In this document: positions 1-10,414 of the stretch, piece after piece
Position numbering within the stretch: position 1 is the first letter of the stretch
Layout: every line of letters starts with the position of its first letter
Assembly: GCF_036170395.1 (NCBI RefSeq)
Contig: NZ_JAVHPD010000012.1
Span: 13,337-77,336 of the forward strand
DNA length: 64,000 nucleotides
Source of the DNA: Sphingobium sp.
Lineage (GTDB): Bacteria > Pseudomonadota > Alphaproteobacteria > Sphingomonadales > Sphingomonadaceae
Direction: 5' to 3'
Notes under the pieces: generated by a model
Told to the model about the DNA's origin: nothing
The model's input: the letters and a program-made list of their open reading frames with translations, nothing else
Databases searched by the model: none
Translations under genes and position numbers: made by a program

Positions 1-197
1 GCGGTCAGCTTGGCGATGTGGCGACGCATCTCCTTCTGGTCGGCGATGGTGCGGGCGGCGGAGGCGCGCACCTCGACCAGAGTCTCCTCCATTTCGAGGA
101 TAATCATGCGGATCATCTTCGCCGGGTCTTCCGCCTTGTCGAGCAGGTCGGTCACATTGGCGGCGATGATGTCGCGGGTGCGGGAAAAAATGCCCAT
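1..197 (-). CDS. pspA: Phage shock protein A, 5' part only (runs off the window edge)
   Basis: The minus strand from ATG 197 reads MGIFSRTRDIIAANVTDLLDKAEDPAKMIRMIILEMEETLVEVRASAARTIADQKEMRRH, a typical PspA/IM30 N-terminus. It is divergent from pspF. Confidence 0.93.
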   Translation of the reverse strand, partial: MGIFSRTRDIIAANVTDLLDKAEDPAKMIRMIILEMEETLVEVRASAARTIADQKEMRRHIAKLT

Positions 198-237
198 TTT
201 ATCGTTACTCCTGGTCGTGGCTGTGCGAACCGCGTCC

Positions 238-432
238 TTACGCAAGATAGCGCGAAGGGGCGGCCATGTCGTGCTTGGCAAGCGCGGGGGTTTCGCTGGC
301 GCGGGGCGCCTTTTCGCTGGCGCGGGCCGGGCCGACCGCCGAAAGGATCATGGTCGATCCGAACAGGACGGCGGCGATGGCGACCGACATCAGCTGGCCG
401 ATCTCGCGGATGCTGCTGGTCTGCTTGTTCAT
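238..432 (-). CDS. Small hypothetical protein (64 aa) with a signal-peptide-like hydrophobic N-terminus
   Basis: Hydrophobic stretch followed by an A-x-A site (GPARA). It lies between a sigma-54 promoter and pspA, with a GGAG-like RBS (revcomp of ctccct) just upstream. Confidence 0.6.
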   Translation of the reverse strand: MNKQTSSIREIGQLMSVAIAAVLFGSTMILSAVGPARASEKAPRASETPALAKHDMAAPSRYLA

Positions 433-497
433 TTCACACTCCCTGAACCTTGGCCTTCATGTGGTTCCGCATCTTTTTCGCGGATTGTCCTGAGCTT

Positions 498-514
498 TGC
501 AGAGGGCATGCCAA
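498..514 (-). promoter_or_regulatory. Sigma-54 (-24/-12) promoter for the small ORF-pspA transcript
   Basis: Minus strand TTGGCATGCCCTCTGCA matches YTGGCACG-N4-TTGCW with correct GG/GC spacing, next to the sigma-54 activator gene pspF. Confidence 0.8.
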
Positions 515-617
515 TTTGCGGAAAGGCGCACAAATCTGCCGGTTTCGGCCATAGGCGCAAGGCGCATTCCAACATCTCGCTTGCCAAGCAGTGGGACATT
601 TCACCATAAGTTGGCAC

Positions 618-1643
<1,026 letters not shown>

Positions 1644-1648
1644 CCCGA

Positions 1649-2527
1649 TCAGCGGGTCGGCACCGGCTCCGGCCCCGAATAGTCGTAGAAGCCGCGCCCG
1701 GTCTTGCGGCCATACCAGCCCGCTTCGACATATTTGACCAGCAAGGGCGCCGGCCGATATTTGGGATCGCCGGTGGTGGTCAGGAACACGTTGAGGATTT
1801 CGAGCGCCGTGTCGAGGCCGACAAAGTCGAGCAGGGTCAGCGGACCCATCGGGTGGTTGAGGCCGAGCTTGCAGCCCTGATCGATGTCGGTGACGCTGCC
1901 CACGCCCTCGCCCAGAACGAACACGGCTTCGTTGAGCATCGGCAGCAGGATGCGGTTCACGACGAAGCCGGGCGCATCGAAGGCGTGGACCACGGTCTTG
2001 CCGGTCTTCGTCGCATAGGCTTCCACCGCCGCGACTGTTTCCGGCGTGGTGGCGAGCCCGCGGATGATCTCCACCAGCACCATAACGGGTACGGGATTGA
2101 AGAAATGCAGGCCGATGAAGCGGCCTGCGTCGGGCGCGGCCTGCGCCAGGCGGGTGATCGGGATGGAGGAGGTGTTGGTGGCGAGGATCGCGTCCGCGCC
2201 AAGCAGAGCGCCGACATTGCCGAAGATGGCGCGCTTCACCTCCTCGCGTTCGGTCGCGGCCTCGATCACGAACTGCGCGGCTCCGAGCGGCGCGAGTTCG
2301 CCGACCGGCGTGATGCGCGCCAGCGTGGCGTCGGCATCGGTCTGGCTGATCTTCTCCTTCTCCACCGCGCGCGACAGCAGCTTGGCGATGTTCGCCTTGC
2401 CCTTTTCGGCGCGGGGCAGGTCGATGTCGGAGAGGATGACGTCATAGCCGGCCTGCGCCGATACCTGCGCGATGCCGATGCCCATCTGTCCAGCGCCGAT
2501 CACCCCCAGGGTGCGAATATCCGTCAT
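1649..2527 (-). CDS. hbd: 3-hydroxybutyryl-CoA dehydrogenase
   Basis: GAGQMG Rossmann motif, LATNTSS, HFFNPVP, PGFVVNR, HPMGPL and [12 protein letters not shown]. Confidence 0.9.
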   Translation of the reverse strand: MTDIRTLGVIGAGQMGIGIAQVSAQAGYDVILSDIDLPRAEKGKANIAKLLSRAVEKEKISQTDADATLARITPVGELAPLGAAQFVIEAATEREEVKRAIFGNVGALLGADAILATNTSSIPITRLAQAAPDAGRFIGLHFFNPVPVMVLVEIIRGLATTPETVAAVEAYATKTGKTVVHAFDAPGFVVNRILLPMLNEAVFVLGEGVGSVTDIDQGCKLGLNHPMGPLTLLDFVGLDTALEILNVFLTTTGDPKYRPAPLLVKYVEAGWYGRKTGRGFYDYSGPEPVPTR

Positions 2528-2685
2528 ATGCCTGTCTCCCTCCATCGTTTCGCTCTCCCTTAGCGGCGGCTCGCCTTCGCCGCCAGTGCCCGCACCCTGT
2601 CAAATGCGTGAGGCGGCAAAGCGAACAGCGCCGCGCGACGGATGACATGGATGAATGATTTCCGGCTTTGCGTGGAGGGTGCGCC

Positions 2686-3168
2686 ATGGTTAAAAGCCGG
2701 CCCATGTCCTTGCCCCCCCTGATGCCCGCGTCCGGCCGCTTCGTTTCCGCGGTGCATCACTTCCCGCTGCGCATCTATTTCGAGGATACCGACCTGTCGG
2801 GTCTGGTCTATCACGCCAATTATCTGCGCTATATGGAGCGAGCGCGATCGGACATGCTGCGCCTCGCCGGGATCGACCAGCGCAGCGAGCATGAGGGCGG
2901 CAGCGGCGTCTATGCCGTCACCGACCTGTCGATCCGCTATCGCCGCCCGGCGCGGCTGGACGATGATCTGACGGTGGTGAGCCGCGTGACCGAGGTGCGC
3001 CCGACGCGCTGCACCATCGGGCAGGCGGTCATGCGCGACGCCGAGGAACTGACGGACGCCAGCATCACCGTCGCCTGGCTGACGCCGCAGGGCCGGCCGC
3101 AGCGCCAGCCCAAAGCCTGGACCGACATCTACACCCGCCTTTGCCAAGGGGACGATCTTCACCCATGA
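2686..3168 (+). CDS. ybgC: Tol-pal-associated acyl-CoA thioesterase (YbgC/FadM family)
   Basis: IYFEDTDLSGLVYHANYLRYMERAR hotdog-fold motif. The stop overlaps the tolQ start (ATGA). Confidence 0.9.
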   Translation: MVKSRPMSLPPLMPASGRFVSAVHHFPLRIYFEDTDLSGLVYHANYLRYMERARSDMLRLAGIDQRSEHEGGSGVYAVTDLSIRYRRPARLDDDLTVVSRVTEVRPTRCTIGQAVMRDAEELTDASITVAWLTPQGRPQRQPKAWTDIYTRLCQGDDLHP

Positions 3169-3869
3169 GCCTCAACCTGCCCGCCGGCGCGATCACCGAC
3201 GCCGCGACCCTTTCCCCCCTCGCCCTGTTCCTTCAGGCCGATATCGTCGTCAAAGGCGTGATGGCCGGGCTGCTGCTCGCCAGCATCTGGACCTGGGCGA
3301 TCATCATCGGCTTTTCCGTCACGCTGCGCCGGGCGAGCAAGGAAAGCCGCAAGTTCGAGGCGGACTTCTGGAAGGCGGAGGATATCGACCGCTTCTATGA
3401 ATCGCGCGGCAAGACCGATTTCCCGGCGGCCAAGGTGATGGCGGCGGGCGTCACCGAATGGCGGCGATCGACCGCGCAGCGGGTGATCGACCGGGAGGGG
3501 ACGCGCGACCGCCTGTCCACATCCATGTCGAGCGCGATCGCTGCGGAAGTGGATCAGCTGTCCGACCGGCTCAACATATTGGCGACGATCGGATCGGTCG
3601 CGCCCTTCGTCGGGCTGTTCGGCACGGTCTGGGGCATCATGCGCGCCTTCACCTCGATCGCGGCGGAGCAGAATAGCAGCCTGGCGGTGGTCGCGCCCGG
3701 CATCGCGGAGGCGCTGTTCGCGACCGCCATCGGCCTGTTCGCGGCGATCCCGGCGGTCATCGCCTACAACCGCTTCAGCCACGGCATCAACCGGTTGGAA
3801 GCGGGCCTGTCGCGCTTCGCCGACGGCTTCTACGCGACGCTGAGCCGCGAGTTGGAGGCGCAACGATGA
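3165..3869 (+). CDS. tolQ: TolQ proton-channel subunit
   Basis: LATIGSVAPFVGLFGTVWGIM and APGIAEALFATAIGLFAAIPA motifs, in tol operon order. Confidence 0.93.
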   Translation: MSLNLPAGAITDAATLSPLALFLQADIVVKGVMAGLLLASIWTWAIIIGFSVTLRRASKESRKFEADFWKAEDIDRFYESRGKTDFPAAKVMAAGVTEWRRSTAQRVIDREGTRDRLSTSMSSAIAAEVDQLSDRLNILATIGSVAPFVGLFGTVWGIMRAFTSIAAEQNSSLAVVAPGIAEALFATAIGLFAAIPAVIAYNRFSHGINRLEAGLSRFADGFYATLSRELEAQR

Positions 3870-3891
3870 AGCGCGCCCCGGCTAGCCACAT

Positions 3892-3953
3892 CCGTTCGGT
3901 TCGAGCCTGTCGAGAACTGTGGGCGTCGTTCTCGACAGGCTCGAACCGAACGG
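3892..3953. repeat. REP-like palindrome with perfect 26-bp arms and a 10-nt loop
   Basis: ccgttcggttcgagcctgtcgagaac-N10-gttctcgacaggctcgaaccgaacgg. A related copy lies at 38045-38104. Confidence 0.85.
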
Positions 3954-3978
3954 GCGTTGGCGCGGGAGGGCGCGACTG

Positions 3979-4449
3979 ATGGCGATGTCCGGCCCTCCTT
4001 CTAGCAGGCGCGGGCGCGGGCGTCCGCCGATGGCGGAGATCAACGTGACGCCGCTGGTCGACGTCATGCTGGTGCTGCTCATCATCTTCATGGTGACGGC
4101 GCCGCTGCTGGTAACGGGCGTGCCGGTGAACCTGCCCGAAACCCGCGCCAAGGCGCTGGACGAGGATCAGAAGCCGACCGTCGTGTCGATCGACCGCGAC
4201 GGTGGCCTGTTCATCAACGACGCGCAGATCAGCGATGCCGACCTGCCCGATCGGCTGGCCGAGATCATGTCGGCCAATGCCGGCAAGGCCGAGCCGCCGC
4301 AGATCTTCCTGCGCGCCGATACCGCGCTCGATTATGGCCGGGTGATGCGGGTGATGGGCGAACTTAATCGCGCCGGGCTCAACAAGGTCGCGCTGGTCAG
4401 CACCGATGCCGGCTCGAACGCTGGTTCGGCCAGCGGCGGTTCAGAATAG
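3979..4449 (+). CDS. tolR: TolR/ExbD family protein
   Basis: AEINVTPLVDVMLVLLIIFMVTAP and FLRAD motifs. Start refined to ATG 3979, after a GGGAGG RBS. Confidence 0.92.
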   Translation: MAMSGPPSSRRGRGRPPMAEINVTPLVDVMLVLLIIFMVTAPLLVTGVPVNLPETRAKALDEDQKPTVVSIDRDGGLFINDAQISDADLPDRLAEIMSANAGKAEPPQIFLRADTALDYGRVMRVMGELNRAGLNKVALVSTDAGSNAGSASGGSE

Positions 4450-4467
4450 GGGCCATAGGCCGGGGAT

Positions 4468-5475
4468 ATGGAGCGCGCGGAAAAGATCGGCTTGGGCGTA
4501 GCGACGGCGGGGCATGTCCTGCTGTTCGGCCTGCTGTCCGCCGGTTTCCTGGCGTCGCCCAATCCGCTGAAGCTCAAGTCGCCGCCGATGGACGTCAGCC
4601 TGGTGGACGAGGTCGCGCTGCAATCCACCGCGCCGCAGGTGTCGACCCAGCCGCCTCCGCCCAGCGTCGCGCCCGAGCAGGGGCCGACCGAAGACGCCAA
4701 GCCCGCGCCGGAACCCGAGCCCCAGCCCGAGCCAGCGCCGCCCCCGCCGAAGCCGGCTCCAGCGCCCAAGCCCGCTCCCGCGCCCCCGCCCAAGAAGGTC
4801 GAGCCGCCCAAGCCGCAGGAAAAGCCCGCTCCGGCCAAGAAGGCGGTGGCGAAGGCTCCGGCGAAGCCCAAGCCATCGCCGGAGAAGCCCGCACCCAAGG
4901 CGAAACCGACGCCTGAAAAGCCCAAGCCGGCAGCGGCCGCGCCCGCCAAGCCGGCGAAGAGCGAGGCCAAATCCTCGGCCTCCGCCAAGAGCAACAGCAG
5001 TAGCAGCAAGGCCACCGCGCCCGCCAAGGCATCGGGCCAAGGCAAGGCCGAGAAGGCGCGCGGGTCGCTGCTGGGCAAGGATTTCCTCAAGGGCATCGAC
5101 AGCACCGAAGATGCCCCGCGCAAGCCCGCGCCGCCGCCCGCCGCCGCCATGGGGCCGCAGCAGAAGGCGGCGCTGGACGCGGAAATCCGCCGGCAGCTAA
5201 AGCCGCACTGGCGGCCGCCTTCGGGCGCGGATGCGGACAAGCTGGTGACATTGCTGGAAGTGCGTCTGGACCAGAATGGCAACATCGTCGGCACGCCGCA
5301 GGTGATCGACCAGCAGGGCGTCACCGCGAGCAACCAGCCGCAGGCCAAGCTGCATGCCGAGCGCGCGATCCAGGCCGTGAAGCTGGCATCGCCGTTCCGC
5401 AATCTGCCGGGTGAATTTTACGACCAATGGAAATGGCTGCGGCCACTCCGCTTTGACGCGAGGCTGAACCGATGA
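4468..5475 (+). CDS. tolA: TolA (TM anchor, Pro/Ala/Lys-rich linker, C-terminal TonB-like domain)
   Basis: The N-terminal TM contains a His (TAGHVLLF), followed by a long PAK-rich linker. It sits between tolR and tolB. Confidence 0.88.
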   Translation: MERAEKIGLGVATAGHVLLFGLLSAGFLASPNPLKLKSPPMDVSLVDEVALQSTAPQVSTQPPPPSVAPEQGPTEDAKPAPEPEPQPEPAPPPPKPAPAPKPAPAPPPKKVEPPKPQEKPAPAKKAVAKAPAKPKPSPEKPAPKAKPTPEKPKPAAAAPAKPAKSEAKSSASAKSNSSSSKATAPAKASGQGKAEKARGSLLGKDFLKGIDSTEDAPRKPAPPPAAAMGPQQKAALDAEIRRQLKPHWRPPSGADADKLVTLLEVRLDQNGNIVGTPQVIDQQGVTASNQPQAKLHAERAIQAVKLASPFRNLPGEFYDQWKWLRPLRFDARLNR

Positions 5476-6806
5476 AGACCCCCTTGTTGCGCCGCCTGCT
5501 CGTGGCGACCGCCGCGTTGTCCGCCTTTCTGGCCGCACCCGCCCTGGCGCAGCTGTCGGTCGACGTCACCGGCGATATCGACAGCAACCTCAAGATCGCG
5601 GTGCCCGCCCTCCCCGCGCAGCAGGATGTCGATACGCCGGCGGGCACCGCGTCCGACCTTGGCCGCAAGATCGCCGAGGTGATAGCGGCGGACCTCAAAG
5701 GCTCGGGCCTGTTCGACCCGTTGGGACCGGGCGGGATGCCGGGGATCGCCTTCCCCGAAGTCACCAACCCGGTCTATGACAAATGGGGCGCATACCAGGC
5801 GCTGGCGCAGGGCTTCGTTCGCACGACCGGGGGCGAGGCGGACATCACCGTCGGCTGCTATCTCTACGACGTGGCGCTGAAGCAGGAACTGACGCGGCAG
5901 GGCTATGTCGTCGCGCCGCGCGACTGGCGGCGGGCGGCGCATAAATGCGCCGACGCCATCTATGCGCGCTTGTCGGGCGAAAGTCCCTTCTTCGACAGCC
6001 GCATCGCCTATATCGCCGAGAGCGGCCCCAAGGGGAACCGCACCAAACGGCTCGCCATCATGGATTCGGACGGGGCGAACCACCGCTTCATCACCAACGG
6101 CCAGTCGATCGCGCTGACCCCGCGCTGGTCGCCCGATTACAAGTCGATCGTCTATGTCAGCTATCTGGGGAGCCGGGTGCGCCTCTACGTTTATGACTAT
6201 GGCAGCGGACAGCAGCGGCTGGTGACGGAAAGCAACAACCCGACCTTCGCGCCGCGCTGGTCGCCCGATGGGCGCAGCATCCTCTTCTCCATGGCGGTGG
6301 CCGGCAACACCGATATCTATCGCGTCGGCGCGAGCGGCGGGGCGCCGGTGCGGCTGACCACTTCGCCCGGCATCGACGTGGGCGGCAGTTACTCGCCCGA
6401 CGGCAGCCGAATCGTGTTCGAGAGCGACCGCTCGGGCGGGCAGCAACTCTACGTCATGAACGCCGACGGATCGAACCAGCAGCGGATCAGCCATGGCGGC
6501 GGGCGCTATGCGACGCCCGAATGGTCGCCGCGCGGCGACCTCATAGCCTTCACCAAGCTGTCGGGCGATTTCAAGATCGCGGTGATGACACCGAGCGGCG
6601 ACAATGAGCGCATCCTGACCAATGGCTGGCAGGACGAGCAGCCGACCTGGTCGCCCAACGGCCGCGTCCTCCAATTCTTCCGCACGACGCCGGGCCGACA
6701 GGGCAGCAGCCAGGTGTGGCAGGTGGACCTGACCGGCGTGAACGAGCGGCGCATACCGACCCCCTTGAGCGGCTCCGACCCGGCCTGGGGTCCGTTGCTG
6801 CCTTGA
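5472..6806 (+). CDS. tolB: TolB periplasmic beta-propeller protein
   Basis: Signal peptide, AHKCADAIY...GE..FDSRIAY, and repeated P-x-WSPDG motifs. Confidence 0.95.
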   Translation: MKTPLLRRLLVATAALSAFLAAPALAQLSVDVTGDIDSNLKIAVPALPAQQDVDTPAGTASDLGRKIAEVIAADLKGSGLFDPLGPGGMPGIAFPEVTNPVYDKWGAYQALAQGFVRTTGGEADITVGCYLYDVALKQELTRQGYVVAPRDWRRAAHKCADAIYARLSGESPFFDSRIAYIAESGPKGNRTKRLAIMDSDGANHRFITNGQSIALTPRWSPDYKSIVYVSYLGSRVRLYVYDYGSGQQRLVTESNNPTFAPRWSPDGRSILFSMAVAGNTDIYRVGASGGAPVRLTTSPGIDVGGSYSPDGSRIVFESDRSGGQQLYVMNADGSNQQRISHGGGRYATPEWSPRGDLIAFTKLSGDFKIAVMTPSGDNERILTNGWQDEQPTWSPNGRVLQFFRTTPGRQGSSQVWQVDLTGVNERRIPTPLSGSDPAWGPLLP

Positions 6807-6900
6807 GGGCCGAGGGAACCACTTCGTCTTGACAGCGTAACGAACTTCACGAACCATGACCTGTCTTCGCGGGTGGGCAGACGAGATAAAGGAGACCCCG

Positions 6901-7419
6901 ATGAAATTGTCCCGGACCCTCATCATGGCGAGCGCCATGATCGCGCTGGCGGCTTGCTCGAAGAAGCCGCCGGCCGACCTGCCGCCGCCGCCCGCCGGAT
7001 CGGGAACCGGCGCGACGGTCCCAAGCGGCCCCGCGACGCCCGCCGGCCCGCGCAAGGGCAGCCAGGAGGATTTCGTCGCGTCGGTCGCGTCCGACCGTAT
7101 CTTCTTCGGCCTCGACCAATATGACATCGATGCCGAGGATCAGGCGACGCTCCAGAGCCAGGCGGCCTGGTTGCAGCAGAACCCGTCGGTGCGCGTGACG
7201 ATCGAGGGCCATGCCGACGAGCGCGGCACCCGCGATTATAATATCGCGCTTGGCGAGCGCCGGGCCAATGCGGCCAAGAATTATCTCGCCTCGCTCGGCA
7301 TCGATCCGGGCCGGATCACCACGGTAAGCTATGGCAAGGAACGGCCGGCCGCGCTGGGATCGGACGAAGCGGCCTGGGCGCAGAATCGCCGCGCGGTGAC
7401 CGTTACCATTCAATATTGA
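6901..7419 (+). CDS. pal: Peptidoglycan-associated lipoprotein Pal
   Basis: Lipobox LAAC, and IEGHADERGTRDYNIALGERRA...SYGKERP...NRRA (OmpA-like domain). Confidence 0.95.
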   Translation: MKLSRTLIMASAMIALAACSKKPPADLPPPPAGSGTGATVPSGPATPAGPRKGSQEDFVASVASDRIFFGLDQYDIDAEDQATLQSQAAWLQQNPSVRVTIEGHADERGTRDYNIALGERRANAAKNYLASLGIDPGRITTVSYGKERPAALGSDEAAWAQNRRAVTVTIQY

Positions 7420-7440
7420 GGGATCGGCAAGCGCCGCTAA

Positions 7441-7478
7441 AAGAAGCCCGCCGGTCGCCTATGACCGGCGGGCTTCTT
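7441..7478 (+). terminator. Intrinsic terminator after pal
   Basis: aagaagcccgccggtc-N6-gaccggcgggcttctt, a perfect stem followed by Ts. Confidence 0.75.
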
Positions 7479-7493
7479 TGTAGGAGAATAAGG

Positions 7494-8678
7494 ATGCGGA
7501 CGGGCGTGATCGGCGCGGCTCTGGTGCTGGCTCTGGGCGCTGCGCCGGCGCTGGCGGAGGGCTGGTCGCGCAGCTGGATGGCCGCGCCGCAGGTCGCGAG
7601 CGGCCCTGCGGAGAAGCGCCCGAACCTGAGCGATCGGACCGTCCGGCAGGTGGTGCGGATCAGCAGCGGCGGCCAGCGCATCCGCCTGCGCCTCTCCAAC
7701 GAAATGTCGATCCAGCCGCTGGAGCTGGGCGCGGTGCATGTCGCGCTGGCGGGGGAGAATGGCGCGATCGTGCCGGGGTCCGACCATGTCGTTACCTTCG
7801 ACGGGCAGCGGGATGCGCTGATCCCCGCACGCGCGCCGCTGTTGAGCGACCCGATCGCGATGCCGGTCAGGCCACTGACGCATGTCACGGTCAGCATCCA
7901 CCTGCCGCGCGGCGCGCCCGATGCGACGGTCCACAGCTATTCGGCCGCCACCGGCTGGACCGCGCCGGGCGCCCAGACGGCGGCAGTGCGAATGACGGGC
8001 GAGAGCCGGATCGAACCGCGCCTGATCCTGACCGCCGTCGAGGTCGAGAATCGCAAGCCCGGCACCACGATCGTCACGCTGGGCGATTCGATCACCGACG
8101 GGGTGCGCGCGACCCCCGACAGCAATCGCCGCTGGCCCGACCTGCTAGCGGAGCGGTTGCAGAAGGCCGGGCGGACATCGGTCGGCGTCGCCAATGCCGG
8201 GATCAGCGCCAACCGGCTGCTGTCCGACGGCGCGGGCTATAATGCGCTGGCGCGGTTCGACAGCGATGTGCTGGCGGTGCCCGGCGTCACCCACGTCGTG
8301 ATATTGGAAGGGGTGAACGACCTCGGCAATGCGGCGCGCGCCGGGCAGATGCTGCGGCCCGAGGCGCTGATCGGCGCATACCGCCAGATGATCGCGCGGG
8401 CACATGACCGGGGCGTAAAGGTGATCCTCGCCACGATCCTGCCCTATAAGGGCGCGGGCTATTGGAGCGAACCGGGCGAGACGGCGCGCATGGCCGTCAA
8501 CCACTGGATCAGGACCAGCCGGGAAGCGGACGGCTTTGTCGATCTCGACAAGGCGGTCGCCGATCCGGACGATCCCGCGCGCATGGCGAAGCCCTATGAT
8601 GTGGGCGACGCGCTCCACCCCAATGACGCGGGCTTCAAGGCGATGGCCGACGCCTTCGACCTGCGCTTGTTCCGCTGA
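7494..8678 (+). CDS. Secreted SGNH/GDSL hydrolase (esterase)
   Basis: Signal peptide, block I LGDSITDG, block II NAGIS, block III LEGVND and block V DALHPN. Confidence 0.88.
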   Translation: MRTGVIGAALVLALGAAPALAEGWSRSWMAAPQVASGPAEKRPNLSDRTVRQVVRISSGGQRIRLRLSNEMSIQPLELGAVHVALAGENGAIVPGSDHVVTFDGQRDALIPARAPLLSDPIAMPVRPLTHVTVSIHLPRGAPDATVHSYSAATGWTAPGAQTAAVRMTGESRIEPRLILTAVEVENRKPGTTIVTLGDSITDGVRATPDSNRRWPDLLAERLQKAGRTSVGVANAGISANRLLSDGAGYNALARFDSDVLAVPGVTHVVILEGVNDLGNAARAGQMLRPEALIGAYRQMIARAHDRGVKVILATILPYKGAGYWSEPGETARMAVNHWIRTSREADGFVDLDKAVADPDDPARMAKPYDVGDALHPNDAGFKAMADAFDLRLFR

Positions 8679-8721
8679 GCCGGCGGCTTTCCTTCGCGCG
8701 AAAAGCGGTTACGACAAGGGC

Positions 8722-9768
8722 ATGGACAAGAACCAGAACGGCAAGGCGCCGACGATCAGGGATGTGGCGGCGAAGGCGGGCGTGTCGGTGATGACGGCGT
8801 CGCGCGCGGTGAACGGCAAGGCTCTGGTGAGCGCCAAGGCGCAGCGCGCGGTCGAGCAGGCGGTCAAGGATCTCGGCTATGTCCCCAATGCCTCGGCCCG
8901 CGCGCTGGCCGGCAATGTCGATCGGCGGGTGGCGCTGCTGCACAGCAATTCGACCACATCGGCTTATCTCGGCGAACTGCTGCTGGGCGCCCTGGGCGAA
9001 GCGCCGCAGCGGCACCTGCATATGGTGGTCGAGCAATGCGCGCCCGGCGCCTATGCCGAGGAGATTGTCGAGCAGGTGGCGCAAGCGCATGTCGCCGGCG
9101 TCATCCTGCCGCCGCCGCTGTGCGACTGGGCCGAACTGGTCGACGCGCTCCATGCCCGCGACATCGCGGTCGTGGCGGTCGCCCCGGACCAGGACGGGGG
9201 CGAGATGCTTAGCGTCGGCACCGACGACCGTCATGCCGCCTATGACCTGACCCGACACCTTATCGAACTGGGGCATCAGCGGATCGGCTTCATCGCCGGC
9301 AATCCGCGCCACCGATCAAGCGCACGGCGGCTCCAGGGTTTCCGCGATGCGATGGCGAGCCATGAACTGGCAGTGGACGAGGCGCTGATCGTGGCGGGCG
9401 ACTATAGCTATCGATCCGGGCTGGACGCGGCCGAGCGGCTGATGACGCTGAGCCAGCGCCCGACCGCGATCTTCGCCTGCAATGACGACATGGCCGCCGC
9501 CGCGATCACGGTCGCGCATCAGCGGCGGATCAACGTGCCGGCGGAAATCAGCATTTGCGGCTTTGACGACACGCCGCTCGCCAGCGCGATCTGGCCGGCG
9601 CTGACCACCATCCGCCAGCCGATCCGCGACATGAGCCGCGAGGCGATCGGCCTGCTGGCGATGCGCTTCCGCAGCCAGGACGAAGGCGCGCACGGGATCG
9701 TCGGCAAGGTGAAGCTGGATTATCAGCTGATCCGCCGCCAGTCCGACGCGGTGCCCGCGCGCCATTGA
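8722..9768 (+). CDS. LacI-family transcriptional regulator
   Basis: TIRDVAAKAGVSVMTASRAVN HTH, YVPNASARAL hinge and a periplasmic-binding-like core. Confidence 0.92.
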   Translation: MDKNQNGKAPTIRDVAAKAGVSVMTASRAVNGKALVSAKAQRAVEQAVKDLGYVPNASARALAGNVDRRVALLHSNSTTSAYLGELLLGALGEAPQRHLHMVVEQCAPGAYAEEIVEQVAQAHVAGVILPPPLCDWAELVDALHARDIAVVAVAPDQDGGEMLSVGTDDRHAAYDLTRHLIELGHQRIGFIAGNPRHRSSARRLQGFRDAMASHELAVDEALIVAGDYSYRSGLDAAERLMTLSQRPTAIFACNDDMAAAAITVAHQRRINVPAEISICGFDDTPLASAIWPALTTIRQPIRDMSREAIGLLAMRFRSQDEGAHGIVGKVKLDYQLIRRQSDAVPARH

Positions 9769-9789
9769 GGCGGGCACGGCGTTCGTTGC

Positions 9790-10347
9790 TCAGACCTTGC
9801 CGTATTTCGCTTCGAAGCCCGCAATGTCGCCTGCGGCCAGATATTTGGCCTGATCGACCCATTGGTCGCGCACCGGGCGGCCCTTGAAATTGCCGAGGCG
9901 GGCGTCGATCGCGGCGATGTCGCTGTCCGACCAGGCGGCGATCTGGGCATAGCGCGTGACGCCGAGTTCGATCAGCAGCGCCTTGAGCTTGGGGCCGACG
10001 CCCTTCAGGCGGAGCAGGTCGTCGGGCTGCTCCGGGGCGGCGGTGACGGCCGGCGAAGCGGGGATCGGTTCGGAGGCCGGCTGAGGCGCGGCCGGCATCT
10101 CGGGCTCGGCCGGAACCAGGACGGGCGCCGGCGGAACGGCCTCGGGCGCCGCGACGACGGCCGTGGGCTGGGGGGCGGCCGCGACGGGGACGGCCTCGGG
10201 CGGGAGCGGTGCGACCTCGGCAGGGGCCGGCGGAGCGTCGGTGGCGGGTTCCGCCTTGCTGCGTCCCGACAGGAGGAAGACCAGAGCGATCACCACGAGC
10301 AGGCCGATCAGCAGCCACAGCCCATAGTCCATGAAGAATTCCTGCAT
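9790..10347 (-). CDS. Membrane-anchored protein with a Pro/Ala linker and a C-terminal HhH-like domain (COG3743-like)
   Basis: N-terminal TM, then DDLLRLKGVGPK...GVTRYAQIAAWS...RDQWVDQAKYLA. Confidence 0.75.
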   Translation of the reverse strand: MQEFFMDYGLWLLIGLLVVIALVFLLSGRSKAEPATDAPPAPAEVAPLPPEAVPVAAAPQPTAVVAAPEAVPPAPVLVPAEPEMPAAPQPASEPIPASPAVTAAPEQPDDLLRLKGVGPKLKALLIELGVTRYAQIAAWSDSDIAAIDARLGNFKGRPVRDQWVDQAKYLAAGDIAGFEAKYGKV

Positions 10348-10414
10348 CGCCCGCCGTCTCCCCTGATGATGATTGGAGGCATTTAAGGACGGACAGCGCC
10401 GCGCCGCAAGAGCC

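Noticed and set aside
3919-3978. N-terminal extension of TolR in the ORF track
   Set aside because: It is a translation of the REP palindrome arm. A good RBS precedes ATG 3979.
4650-5050. Tandem-repeat-like region in tolA
   Set aside because: This is the ordinary Pro/Ala/Lys-rich TolA linker, not a DNA repeat element.
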